From positions 1-47,530 of the forward strand of contig PXUB01000034.1 of assembly GCA_003009755.1 (NCBI GenBank): 47,530 nucleotides of DNA. The letters run 5' to 3'. The number at the start of each line of letters is the position of its first letter. Positions within the stretch are counted from its first letter, which is position 1. Below, piece by piece: positions 31,429-44,800 of the stretch. The stretch comes from Thermoplasmatales archaeon SW_10_69_26 (GTDB taxonomy: Archaea; Thermoplasmatota; SW-10-69-26). A program made the position numbers and the translations under genes. Below the pieces are notes generated by a model. It saw nothing but the letters and a program-made list of their open reading frames with translations. It was not told the origin of the DNA and did no database searches.

Positions 31429-32547
31429 ATGCCGTTCCACCTCGACGACGAGCAGCAGATGATCCGACGGGTCGTCTCCGACCTCGTCGACAAGACCGTC
31501 CGCCCCCACGCCGAGGAGGTCGACCGCGAGCGCCGTCCCCCCGAGGAAGCCCTCGAAGGCCTGCGCGAGGTCGACCTCATGGGGATGCTTGCCTCCGCCG
31601 ATTACGGCGGCGGCGCCGACACGGTCACCTTCTGCGTCGCCGTCAAGGAGCTGGCCAAGGGCTGTGCCTCCACGGCCGCCCTCATGGGCCTGACGAACGC
31701 GCTCGCCACGCTGCCCGTCGACCTGCTCGGCACCGACGAGCAGAAGGAAACGTGGCTGGCCGAGCTGACCAGCGGCGCCAAGCTCGGCTCGTTCGCGTTG
31801 ACCGAACCCAACGCCGGCGCCGACGTCAGCTCGCTCGACACCAAGATCGTCGAGGACGGCGACGCCTGGACGCTGCGCGGCCAGAAGGCCTGGGTGCTCG
31901 GCGGACCGCTCGCCGACGTCCACCTCGTCGTCGCCCGCGGCCCCGAGGGCCCGACGACCGTGCTCGTCCCCGCCGACAGCGAGGGCGTCGAGACCGGGCC
32001 GCCCGAACGCCTGCTCGGCCTCCGCGGCGCCCAGACGAGCCCGCTGTACCTCGAAGAGGTCCCCGTCGGCGAGGACGAGGTGCTCGGCGACGCCGGCGAG
32101 GCGCTCCAGCAGCTCGCCGAACCGCTGCGCGTGTCCCGGTTGGCGATCGCCGCCTGCGCGACCGGCCTGCTCGAGGCCTCGCTGGCCGCCTCGCAGGACT
32201 ACGCCGACCAGCGCGAGCAGTTCGACGAACCGATCCGCAACTTCCAGGCGATCCAGAACCGCCTGGCCGGCGTGAAGACGGCCGCCTCGACCGCTCGCTC
32301 GCTCACGCTCAAGGCCGCCGACCGCCGCGACGAGGGCCAACCGTTCTCCTCGCAAGCCAGCGAGGCCAAGTGGCGAGCCACCGAGGACGCCCGCGAGCAC
32401 ACCCGCTCGGCGATCCGCCTGCACGGCGGCACCGGCTACATGCGCGAGGCCCACGTCGAGCGCTTCTACCGCGACGCGCGCACGCTCACGATCGTCGGTG
32501 GACCCAACCAGCTGCACCGCCAGCGCATCGTCGACCGGATGTACTGA
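31429..32547 (+). CDS. Acyl-CoA dehydrogenase family protein
   Basis: GTDEQKETWL, FALTEPNAGAD, LRGQKAWV, REQFDEPIRNFQAIQ and HGGTGYMRE..VERFYRDAR. Confidence 0.93.
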   Translation: MPFHLDDEQQMIRRVVSDLVDKTVRPHAEEVDRERRPPEEALEGLREVDLMGMLASADYGGGADTVTFCVAVKELAKGCASTAALMGLTNALATLPVDLLGTDEQKETWLAELTSGAKLGSFALTEPNAGADVSSLDTKIVEDGDAWTLRGQKAWVLGGPLADVHLVVARGPEGPTTVLVPADSEGVETGPPERLLGLRGAQTSPLYLEEVPVGEDEVLGDAGEALQQLAEPLRVSRLAIAACATGLLEASLAASQDYADQREQFDEPIRNFQAIQNRLAGVKTAASTARSLTLKAADRRDEGQPFSSQASEAKWRATEDAREHTRSAIRLHGGTGYMREAHVERFYRDARTLTIVGGPNQLHRQRIVDRMY

Positions 32548-32835
32548 CGGCCGGGACCCGGCTGTCTGGTTAAGCAGGGGCCGCGAAGGACACGAAGGAT
32601 CGCCAAGGCCACGAAGGGCCTGTGTACTCGCCGCCGGGCGGCGTTGTCACGGCAGCTGCTCGCCTTTGTGCCCTGGCGTCCCCTCGCGCACTTGGTGGTC
32701 CCCCCGTTTCTTATCGTTACAGCGCGGGCCGGGACCCGAGGAACGTTTATGCACACCTTGGGCCATCGACCCTAGGAGGCGCGAGGCTCGTCGCGGACGG
32801 CGAGGCTCGTCCACCCGTGCCTGGGAGGGCCCCAC

Positions 32836-35800
32836 GTGAGCCATCGATCTGCTTCGACCCCGAGCCTGTTCGGACCAGCTGCCAAGCTCTCCGAAACGAC
32901 CCTCGTCCCGCTGTTCCTGGCGATCGCCATGGTCGCCGGACCGTTGACCAGCGTGGCCCCCCTCGCGTCCGCCTCGACGGCTGACGCGGGCGGCGTGGAC
33001 GACGCGATCGACTGGGTCGACGCTTGGCTCGACGACCACGACGACGACGCCAACCTCGTCGACGACCGAGCCGAAGCCGAGGCCCAAACGCTGATCGACG
33101 AGGACCGGGGCGGGGCTCCCGTCGGTGTGCTCGTCACCTACGACCACTGGCCCGACGACCACGATCTCGACCGGCTCGTCGCCGAGCACGGCGCCAGCCA
33201 GACGTACGCCTTCGAGATCGTCCCGACCGTCCAAGCTCAGGTCCCCGCCTCCCAGGTCTCCCAGCTCGGACAGGTCCCGGGCGTCGTCGCGGTCGAGTAC
33301 GACTACCCGATCGAGCCCGTCCTCGACGTCAGCTCCCCCGCCTCGCAGGCGCAGGAGCCCGCCAGCACGGGCAGCGCGTACGCCGGCAAGACGGCCCAAG
33401 CCCTCGGCTACGATGGCTCCGACACCGTGGTCGCCGTCCTCGACTCGGGCGTCCAGGACCAGCACAGCGCCTTCGCCGACACGCGCTTCGTCACCGGCGC
33501 CGACGTCTCCTCGCCCGGCTCGACCGGCGACGGGACCGGCGATCCCGGCGACTGCACGAACCCGCCCGACGACAACGGCCACGGGACGCACGTCGCCAGC
33601 ACCGTGCTCGGCGAGACCGCCGAGTCCGACGGGACCCGCCTGCCGGGCACCGCGCCCGGCGCCGGTCTCGTGGACGTCCGCATCGCCGCCAGCGGCGCCT
33701 CGATCGGCGGCGCCCTGCGCGGGTTCGAGTTCGTCGAGCGGTGGAACGACGCGCTGCGCGAGGGCGACCCGCTGTGCCCGCTCGCCAACGCCGACGACCG
33801 GATCGACGTCGCCACGCTGAGCTTCGGCTCGCTGAGCCCCGCCGAGGGCGACGCCGGCAGCACCGGCGAGGCGATCGAGCGCCTCAACGAGCAGGGCGTG
33901 GCCGTCACCGTCGCCGCCGGCAACTGCGGCCCGCAGGGATCGGCCGGCTGCACGACGACCGACAGCGAGGAGACCGTCACCAGCCCCGCCAACGCCGAGG
34001 GCGCGATCACGGTCGCCAACTCCAACGACCGCGAGACGATCGATCGCGGCGACGACCAGGTCAGCGCCAGCAGCTCGCGCGGTCCGATCGCCGGCAGCGC
34101 CTCCGACGCCAGCGACCTCGAGGACCGGTTCCGCAAGCCCGAGATCGCCGCGCCCGGCACCCAGATCACGGCCGCCGGCCTCTCCCCCGGCACCGTCTCC
34201 ACGCTCAGCGGGACCAGCATGGCGACCCCGCACGTCGCCGGCATCGCAGCCACGCTCGTCGAAGCCGGGCGCGACGTCGCCGACCAGACCGGCGGCGAGA
34301 ACCTGATGCTCCCCGACGGCACCGCCTACAACGACGACAGCTACGACGCCGGCGCCAACCCGGTCGTGGATGCCATCATCCACGCCGCCGAGTACAAGAC
34401 CGACGGCGTCCCCCAGGACATGCGGGACAAGTGGGAGGGCCCCGGCGCCGACGACCTCCGCTGGAACAACGGCTACGGCTACGGGCACGTCGACGCCTTC
34501 AGCGCACTCTGCTGGGCCTGGCAGAACGTCCTCCAGCCCGGCGGCGCCGCTCCGACCGACACCGTCGAGTCCGCCTGCGGCCTCGACGACCCGCTCACGG
34601 TCGACCTCGGCGGACCCTACACCGTCGAAACCGAGCGTCTCGTCACCCTCACTGCCGACGCGACCGGCGGCCAGTCCCCCTACGAGTACGCCTGGGACAC
34701 CGACGACGACGGCGCCTTCGACGACCGCACCGGCGACGCCATCCAGGTCTCCTACCCGACGACCGGCGCCTTCACGGTGAGCGTCAAGGTCTTCGACGAC
34801 GCCGGCGCCTCCAGCCAGGACGCGACGACCGTCGTCGTCAGCGAGGACGCCGACGACGGCTCGGGCCTGATCGAGATCACCGAACCGGACCGCGACGAGA
34901 CGGTCGACCCCCAGCTCGTCGTCGAGGGGATCGCCGGCTCCGAGGGCAACAGCCCGCCCTCCGCGAGCTGGACCCACACCAGCGACGGACTCACCGTCAG
35001 CTTCGACGCCACCGGGTCCACCGACCCCGACGGCGACCCCCTCACCTACGAGTGGACCTTCGGCGACGATGCCACCGCGCGCGGCGCCACCCCCGACCAC
35101 ACCTACGCGACCGGCGGCGACTTCACGGTCTGCCTGACCGTCTCCGACGGCTCGCTCACCGACGAGAGCTGCCGACAGATCAGCCTCACACGCCAGGACC
35201 CCCTCTCGCTCGTCACCGACCCCAAGGGTGACGCCGCCGGGCCCGTCACCGGCTCCAACGTCGACGAGCTCGACATCACCGAGGTCTCCGCCATCCAGAA
35301 CGAGGATGGATCGTTCACGATGGTGCTCTCGGTCAACGACCTCCAGCAGGCCACCGTCCCCGCCACGGAAGGCGGCAACGGGGCCATCTGGCGGGTGACG
35401 TGGGACTTCCCCGGCACCGACGGCCACTTCGTCTCCTTCGAGACCGGCCTCGTCAACACGACGGACCCCGGCAGCGTCTACACCGACTGCAGCTACGGCG
35501 AGTGGGACGGCAACATCGCCCAGTCCCAGGGCACGGCCCCGTGCACCGTCGACTACGGTGCCCCCGCCGAGATCCACCTGACGTACCCGGCCAACGCGAT
35601 GGCCGAGAACGGGTACGCCGGCGACGAGCTCCTCTCCGGCGTCCAGGGCCTCAGCTACACCTACCAGGGCAGCCCCCCCGACGCCTCGGTCAGCGCCGGC
35701 CTGACGACCCAGGTCGACGACACCGCCTCCGGCACGTACGAGCTGACCGGGACGAACGCCGAGCTCGCCGAGATCGGGCTCGGCTCCCGCGCCGACGCCC

Positions 35801-38800
35801 GCCAGGCCCCCGAGGAACCGCCCGAGGACCCCGAGATCGTGGACGAGGGCGGTGACGTCAACGGCGACACCGTGCCCGCCAGCCAGATGGACATCCAAGC
35901 CGGCTGGTTCGACGCGGACGCCTCCCACCTCTACGTCGGCCTCGAGCTCGACGACATCCCCCAGAACACGAACACGACGGCCTTCACGAGCTACCGCGTC
36001 GGGTTCCAGCCGGACTACCAGGTCGAGGATCCGACCTGGGGCGGCACCGTGCCCGAGGACGCCACGCTGACCGAGCTGCGGACCTTCGCCGCCTTCAGCC
36101 CGCTCGCCTTCGACAACCTCACCGAACCCACCACTCGGCAGTCCCCCTCGTTCGAGCTCCAGCTCACCTACGAGCAGAACGGCCGGTCCTTCTTCGCCAC
36201 CGTCGGCGACATCGAGGAGGCCAGCATCGATCCCGAGACCGACATCGTCTGGTGGGCCGTCGACCGCGACCTGCTGCAGTCCCCGCCGCCCGACAGCCGC
36301 ATCGTCGAGACGACCGCCACGAGCGCGCCCGCCATCGATGGCCTGCTCACGTTCCAGGGCGCCACGGCCGACACCGCTGGCCCCGGTGATCCGTTCTCGT
36401 TCCCCAAGAGCGCCGACCAGATCCCGCCGACGGTCACCCTCGACGCCTCCCCCGTCAGCGGCTCGGCCCCCCTCGACGTGACCTTCCAGCCCGACACCGA
36501 CGCCGACGATGTCGCCTCCTGGACGATCCGCTACGGCGACGGCGCCTCCGAGTCCGGCACCGGCGGTCTCCCCGCCGAGCTCGGCCACGTCTACGACGCC
36601 GCGGGCGAGCACACCGCCACGCTCGAGGTCACCGACAGCAACGGCCAGACCGGCACCGCGAAGGCGACGGTCAACGTCACCCCGCCCGAGGGCCGCTCCG
36701 TCCGCGTGACGGCCGGCGACCTCGACCCCGTGTGGGCCAACTGCGAGGACGCCTGCAGCACCTGGACGGCGGCCCTCGACCTCGACGCGCTCGAGCCCGG
36801 CACCACCAGCCTCACCGCGACCCTCGTCGAGGACGGCGAGGTGCTCGGCCGCGACACCGTCGCCGTCGAGGTGACCCCCGACGACGGGCTCACGGTCCTC
36901 GCCCCCGAGGAGGACCAGCGCCTGCCGCCCGGCGACGTCCGCGTGCAGGGCGAGATCGACGACACCGATCGACCGCCGCGCGCGATGCTCGACGCCGAGC
37001 CCCAGCGCGGCTCCTCCCCGCTCGACGTCACCTTCGACCTCGACGGCGCCGACGACGAGGGCGTCGTCTCCTGGCGGCTGCTCACCGACGACGGCACCGT
37101 CATCGACGGGACCCAGCTCCCGATCGAGGCCGAGCACACCTACGACGAGCCCGGCAACTACACGGCCACCCTGCAGGTCACCGACACGGCCGGCCAGCGC
37201 GACACGAGGGCCGTCCCGATCGAGGTCGACGACGAGAACGAGGCCCCCGAGGCCCCGAACTCGCCCACGCCCGCGGACGGCTCCGGGGACGTCCCCCGAC
37301 CCCCGACGCTGAGCTGGGAGGCCAGCGACCCCGACGGTGACGAGCTCGTGTACGACGTCTACCTCGACACCTCCGCCCAGCCGGACACCCTCGTCCGCAC
37401 GGGCCTGGAGGACCCCTCGTTCGTCGCCACGGACCTCGAGCCCTCGACCACCTACCACTGGCAGGTCGTCGCCGACGACGGCCTCACCACGACCGAGGGC
37501 CCGGTCTGGAGCTTCACGACGGCGGCAGCCTCCGGGCTCGCCAACTCCCCGCAGACCGTCATCGCCTACATCGACAGCGGCGGGTTCCCCTACCACGAGC
37601 AGTTCCAACGCGCCGAGCACGACCAGCACCCCAGCGAGTACATCGAGGGCTACCCCGCCGACGCCCAGGCGCTGGACCTGTGCTTCTTCGACCAGGCGTC
37701 CGGCACGGTCGACCGCAGCAACTGCCCCGACTCCCCGACCGCGGCCGCCGAACAGGACGTCGACGAGTGGCGCAAGCTCGGCGTCACCGGCACCGGGCAG
37801 ACCGGGCCCGGCGAGGGCGATCTCGCCTACGTGCCCGGCACGAACGTGGTCGGCGCGATCAGCTTCGCCCACGACGGCGACGCCGACTACCCCACCCTCG
37901 ACGGTGACAAGGGCGACGGCGACGCCCACGGTACGTGGGTGGCCGGCTCGATCGCCGGCCAGACGACCGGCTCCTGCCCCGACTGCCTGATCGTCACGAT
38001 CGAAGCCGACAGCGTCTCGGCCATCGAATCCGGCTGGCAGTGGGCCGCCCAGCAACCCTGGATCGACGGCATCACGTCCAGCGTGTACGCCGGCATCTGC
38101 ACCCCGGTGGGGGTCTGCCAGAGCATCGACGGCTTCGCGACCTCGATCGCCAGCTCCACGCAGACGGCCGCCGAGAACGGCAAGCTCGTCTTCGAGGCCG
38201 CCGGCAACGGCGTCGGCGGCGCCGGCCTCGCCACCTCGACCACGGCGCCCGACTCGAACTTCGCGCCCTGGTCGATCTCCGTCGGCTGCTCCTCCGAGAG
38301 CGGCCACTCCTGCCTCTACAGCGACGAGCCCGCCCCGATCACCGCCACCGGCACACCTCGCCAGACCGCCGACCCGGGCACCTACGACGGCACCAACGAC
38401 CCGGTCGGGACGAGCTTCTCCTCGCCCAGCGCCGCCGGTGTCGCCGGCCAAGCGCTGGTGTCCCTGCGCGCCGAGCTCGGCGCGACGACCGAGGGCCCGG
38501 CCGCCGACGCGAACAACTCCCTCGTCGAACCCGCCAGCGACGCCACCCTCCCCGAGGACACGGCGCTCACCAACGGCGAGCTGACGAAGAAGGAGCTCGA
38601 GGAGGCCCTGTTCAAGACCGCCCGACGCGGCGTGCTGCCCTCGACGCCCGCCTGGATCGTACCCGTGGAGACCCCCGACTCGCCCGCCGGCTTCCTCAAG
38701 GGCGGCTACGGCGACGTCTACCGCGGCGCCTGGGGCGTCAACCACGAGTCCGCCTCCAGCTCGGACTCGACCGCCGGCGCCGTCTCCGCCACGCTCCTCG

Positions 38801-41800
38801 GCGAGACCGAGATGCCGAACCGGTACCTCGAGGAGACGTACTGGGAGGACGCCGTCGAACCGATGCAACGCCAGGTCCACGGCGAGGAGCCCGAGGAGCC
38901 CGACGACGACGCCTGGCCCACCGACGACGAGGCCAGCCCCGATGGCCTCGACGGCCACCAGGGCGGATCGTCCACCACCACGACCAGCTCCTCGGGGGAC
39001 CTCGCCCAGCCCGCGTCCACGCGGCCGCAGGGCGACCAGCCGACGCCCGACAACAGCCGGCTGTACCTGCACCACGACCAGACCGACGCCGAGAGCGTGA
39101 GCGACGGCGCCGACCTCTACATGAACACGATCCCCGACCCCGGAGACGGCTGCAGCGGCCCCGGCTGCCCCGACACCACGCCCTGGGGCGCCACCGGCGC
39201 CGGCACCAGCGGCGAACAGCAGACATACGAGATGGATCACCCCGAGCTGGCTGACACGCTGCTCCTCGACGAGGACGGCCAGATCACCGTCCACGTCGAA
39301 GCCACCGGCATCTTCGACAACCCGCCCACGCCGACCGAGGTCGACGTCACGCTCCAGGATGGCGACGGGCTCGTCGCCACCGGCCAAGCCGACCGCGAGA
39401 TCCCCGGCTCCGCCGACCACGCCACCTACGAGGCCACCCTCGACCCGGTGGCCTACACCATCGAGGACACGCTGACGCTATCGATCACGTGGGATGACCG
39501 GCAGTACAGCTTCCACGTCCAGAGCCACGGGGCCTCGTGGGTCGATCTCCCGCTCACGGGGAGCGCGGACGAGCTCGACTACGAGCAGGACAGCTTCTAC
39601 CTCGACGACCTCGACGCGAACATGGGCAACGGCGAGACGGTGCCGCTGACCCGCGACGAGGCCGACCTGCAGGGCGATCCCGACACCGGGACCACCTACC
39701 TGCGCGCCTACCGCAACGGGTTCACGTTCAACCTCGACAGCGGCCAAGACGACGCCGCAGCCGGCGAGAACGTGCTGCTCGGCAACGACGGCTCCGCCAC
39801 CCTGTGGGTCTGCACGGCGCCGGTCCTCTCCTACGGCGCGACCGAGTTCACCGTCGAGGTCGCACTCCAAGCCGGGGACACGCCGCTGGGCGGGGGCTCG
39901 GTCACCCAGACCTACGCCGGTGCGCACGACGGCTCCTCGCAGGCGATCACCGTTCCCTTGGACCTGCACGAGACGCTCGTGCCCGAGGACGAGCCGCTGA
40001 CCGGCTCGATCACCGTCGAGGGCGCCACGGGCTTCTACACCTCGAACATCGCCTTCTGCGGCGGCAGCGCTGACAAACCGTGGAGCCTCGACCTCCTCTC
40101 CGCCGAGCTGGGCACCCAGCTGCCCAGCACGGACCTCACCGAGGCCCCCGACGGCACCCTCGCGGGCGAGACCCCCCTCGAGGGCACCTACGAGGCCCCC
40201 GAGGACCCCGGCCTCCAGCAGACCACCTGGTACGCGACGAACTTCGACCAGTGGTCCGAGGGCGACGCCGAAGCCCAGAGCCCCGAGCTGCGGCTCGGCA
40301 CCGAGGGGCCCGGGCCCGGCAGCGGCGGACCGATCCTGCCGCCCGAGGAGGACGGCTACACGATCGAGCTCACCAGCGAGCAGCCGCTGCTCGACGAAGC
40401 CGACGAGATCCTCGACGAGGGCGCCGGCAGCGCCCAGTTCTGGGTCACCGCCGCCGGCGGCGCGACCGACGTCCGCGTGGACCTGACCGCCATGCTCGAG
40501 GGCTCCAACGGCGACCGTCGCGTGCTCGGGGAGGGCTCCGTCACCAAGCACGTCGTCCCGCCGTTCGGGACCGTGCGGACCCTCACCCACGAGCCCTTCC
40601 GCGTCGACTTCGAGCCCGCCGTCACCGACGTCGCGGACGACGAACGTCTCGTCCTCCGCGCGCAGGTCACCAACGTCGGTCCGGCCACGACCACGCAGGT
40701 CACCTGCGTGTGCGGCGGCGAGGAGCGCCCGATCACCGTCAGCCTGCCGACCGACGACGCCGTGACGCCGAGGGATCCCCAGGTCCGCGTGACCGTGGAC
40801 GAAGCCATCGACCGCCGCGTCCCGGCCGACAGCTCCCCATGGAGCACCACGATCGACACGACCGAGCTCCCGGACGGCGAGCACACCATCACCGCCACGC
40901 CCGAAGCGACCTACGGCGACGAGACCCGCCAAGGCACGCCCCAGGAGGCCACCTTCACCTCCGACAACGACCTCTCGAACGAGGCGCCAAGCGCCTCGCT
41001 CGCGGTCGACCCGCTCAGCGGGACCGCGCCGCTCGCCGTGACGGCCAACGCCGACGCCACCGACGACGACACGCCCCGCGATCAGCTCTCCTGGACGCTC
41101 ACCTGGGGCGACGGCTCCGCCCAGGAGTCCGGCACCGGCCTCCCGGCCGAACTCACCCACGAGTACGCCGACCCCGGCGAGTTCACGGTGACGCTCGAGG
41201 TCACCGACGACGAGGGCGAGACCGGCACCGCGACCGCGAGGGCCCAGGTCTTCGCCCCCGCCGAGGAGAAGGTGATCGTCACCCTCGGCAACGAGACGAT
41301 CGAAGCCCAGGCCGACGCCGACGACGGCTCGCTGGCCGCGTGGCACGCCGACATCCCCAGTGTCGACCGTGGCCTGCACGAGGTCACCGTCGAACACGTC
41401 GAAGAGAACGCGCAAGAGACGACCGTGTTCGCTCGCGAGCAGCTGCTTCTCCGCGTCGAACCCTCCGGCGTCCCCGAGACCGCCATCGAGGGCCCCGGCG
41501 AGGACACCCGCGTCCACGAGACGACCCCCATCGAGGGCCGCATCACCGGGTACACCGGCGAGGAGGAGCCGACGCGAACGAGCACGTCCCTGACGACCGA
41601 CAGCTCGCAGGCCGCCGTGGCGCCGATCGTCCAGGACGTCGTCGACGCGGGCGAGCCCGCGCCCAGCGTGCCCGAGCCCGTCACGACCGACGCGCTCGAG
41701 CCCGCGCTCGAGCACCTCGTCGACGTGGCCGGCGGCGACCCCGAGCGCGTCAGCGACGAGCTCGACCAGGCCACGATCCCCGAGGAGGCCGAGACGCCGC

Positions 41801-44800
41801 TCGCCAGCCTCGCCGAGGCCGTCGCGCAAGCCACGGAGATGCGCCGCGAGGCGATCGATCTCTCGACGACCGAGCTCGAGACCGTCGAGCTCACGCCGAC
41901 GCTGCTGGAAGCCGTCGACGTCGACCACGCCCAGCTCGTCGAGGCCCAGCTGCTCGTCGCCACCACCGTCGACGAGCACCGCGAGAGCCTGGAGCAGGTG
42001 CCCGCGGAGGCCGACGAGGACGACGCCCCCGCCTTCGAGATCGAGGGCATCGTCGCCTTCGACAACGAGGGCGACACGACCTACGAGCCCGGGCACTACT
42101 TCCTGAAGGTCGACACCGCCGGCCAGGACACGCACCGCGACACCGCCGGCGGCGCCTACGGTCTCACTCTGGACCGCGACGTCTCCGTCTCGATCGACAC
42201 CGACGGCGCCGACACCTACGACGGCGACTGGTCCGCGCCTGCCAGCTCCTCCTTCGAGACGTTCCAGGGAGCGGCCACGAACGTCGGGCTCGGCCTGCTC
42301 GCCGACACCGTCGGCGACGACAGCTACACCGTCACCGGCGACGTCGCCGAGGCGACCAGCGACAACGTCCAGCGCGCCGCCCAAGGCGCCGGCCAGGTCG
42401 CCTCGGTCGGCGTGCTCGCCGATCTCGCTGGCGAGGACACCTACGAGGCCACGCTCACCGGCATCGACGACAACGCTGCATCCACGATGCTGGCCTCCGC
42501 GCAAGGCGCCGTGCACGACACCGGCCGGATCAACCCCGGCTACACGCTGCTGTTCGACCGTGAAGGCGACGACGCCTACGAGGCCACCTTCGACGGCGAC
42601 GCCGCCTACCAGGGCGACGTGAACCCTGTCACGGTGCCGTCGGTCGCCGCGCTCGTCGACGGCGACGGCTCCGACGACTACAGCCGCCCCGTCAACGGCG
42701 ACTACCTCGCGCGCACGACCGCGCCCGACACCGCCGCCGGCGCCGCCCACTTCCTCGACACCGCGCCCGAGGACCCCTCCGTCCACGTCCGCGAGCCAGC
42801 CGCGGGCGACACGGTCCGCCAGACCGCCGACGTCACGGTCGAAGCCCGCGACCTCGACGATATGCTGGGCACCTCCGGCGCCCGCTTCGTGACGCAGGTC
42901 GAGGCCGAGATCGGCGACAAGGGCTTCGTCGACCTCACCCAGCAGGGCGACACCGACCGCTGGACCGGCACGCTCGACCTCGCCGGCGAGGACGGCGCCA
43001 CCGAGCTCACCGCGCGCGCCACGAACGTCGACGGGAGCACGGCGACGGACACGATCACCGTCGACGTCAACAACGACCTACCGCCGACGCTCGCCGTCGA
43101 CGAGACGATCACGCGCGCCAGCCCGACCGAGGATCCCGCCGTCAGCCTCGACCTCTCCGGCACCGAGGACCCCGAGGGCTCCACGCTGGCCTACACGATC
43201 GCCTGGGGAGACGGCAGCGAGACCACGCGCACCAGCCCGCACGACGTCAGCGACGTCTCGCACACCTACGACACCGGCGAGTACACGATCGCGGTCACCG
43301 TCGAGGACGAGGCCGGCAACGCCGACGAGGCCACGCTCGACGTCGACCTCTCGCCGCCCGCGTTCGCCAGCGTCACCCAGGAGGACGTCCAGGTCGCGAG
43401 CGCCAACTACACCGTCGACCTCGACGACGAGGGCACCCTCGACGCGAGCCTCGACGGCGCGGGCACCGTCGACGTCACCGAGCAACCCAGCGCCTTCGAG
43501 GTCAACGCCACCGAGCTCGACGCCGCGACGACCTACACGCTGACGCTCACCAGCGCCGACGACCTCGGCAACGAGGCCCAGACCACCGAGACGTTCACCA
43601 CCTCCGAGCCCGACAACGAGCCGCCGACGGTCGCCCTGGACCTCGACGCCACCACGGTCCCGACCGGCGGCACGGTCGAGGCCACCGTGACGGCCGAGGA
43701 CCCCGAGGACGGCGCCCTCTCCGAGGCGACGGTCACCTGGGACGATGGCACGCAAGAGACCGTCGCGCTGACGAACGGCGAGGGCCAGGCTCGGCACACC
43801 TACGACGAGCGCTGCGAGTGCACCGTGCACGCCCAAGCCACCGACAGCGACGGCGCCAGCGCCTCCGACAGCGTCGACCTCGTCGTCGACCACGCTCCCC
43901 AGGTCACGCTCACCGTGCCCGCCAGCCCCGCGCCCGAGACCGACGAGCACACGATCGAGCTCGACGTCACCGACGCCGACGACGATCCGATCCGAGCCGA
44001 TCTGCGGCTCGAGGGCGAACCCGTCACCCTGCGCGAGGCCGACCCCGCGGACAACACGACGGACGACGGCAAGCTGTTCACCGCCACCGTCGACCCCGAC
44101 GCCGGCACCGTCACCGCGAGCGCCGACGTCCACGACGGTCTCCGCACGACGACCGAGGAGACCAGCTACACGGTGAACGCCGCGCCGAACGTGACCGGCA
44201 CCCTGTCCCCCTGGAGCGGCACGCAGGACACCACGTTCACCTACGATGCCGCGACGAGCGACGCCGACGGCGACCCCGTGAGCCTCACCCTCCTCGTCGA
44301 CCACCGGGAGATCGAGCTCGGCCCCGACCGCACCGCGCAGCTCGACCTCGACGACGGCCAGCACCGCTTCGCCCTCCTCGCCACGGACGGCTTCGACGAG
44401 GTCCGCTGGCCCGGCCCCGGCGCCTGGGCCTTCGGCCCCGTCGTCGGCAACCTCTCGCAGGTCGAGATCTCCGCCGACGGCACGTTCGCGGATCCGACCG
44501 TGGCCCAGACCGACGGCGACCTCGACGACTGGACCCGCCAGCTCGGGGACGTCGGCCTCGCCGAGGACCAGGCCCACGAGGTCCACGTCCGCGGCGTGGA
44601 CGCTGACCACGGCCCCGGGCCCGCCGCCACCGTGAACCTGACGATGGACCAGCTCCCGACGCCCAGCATCGAGGTCCTCACCGCCACGCCCGTCCGCACG
44701 GGCACCAGCCTCGACCTGCAAGGCTCGGCCGAGCCCAGCACCCACGGCGACGACGTGCCCCCGGAGAACCTCGCCTGGAGCTTCGGCGACGGCGCCACCG

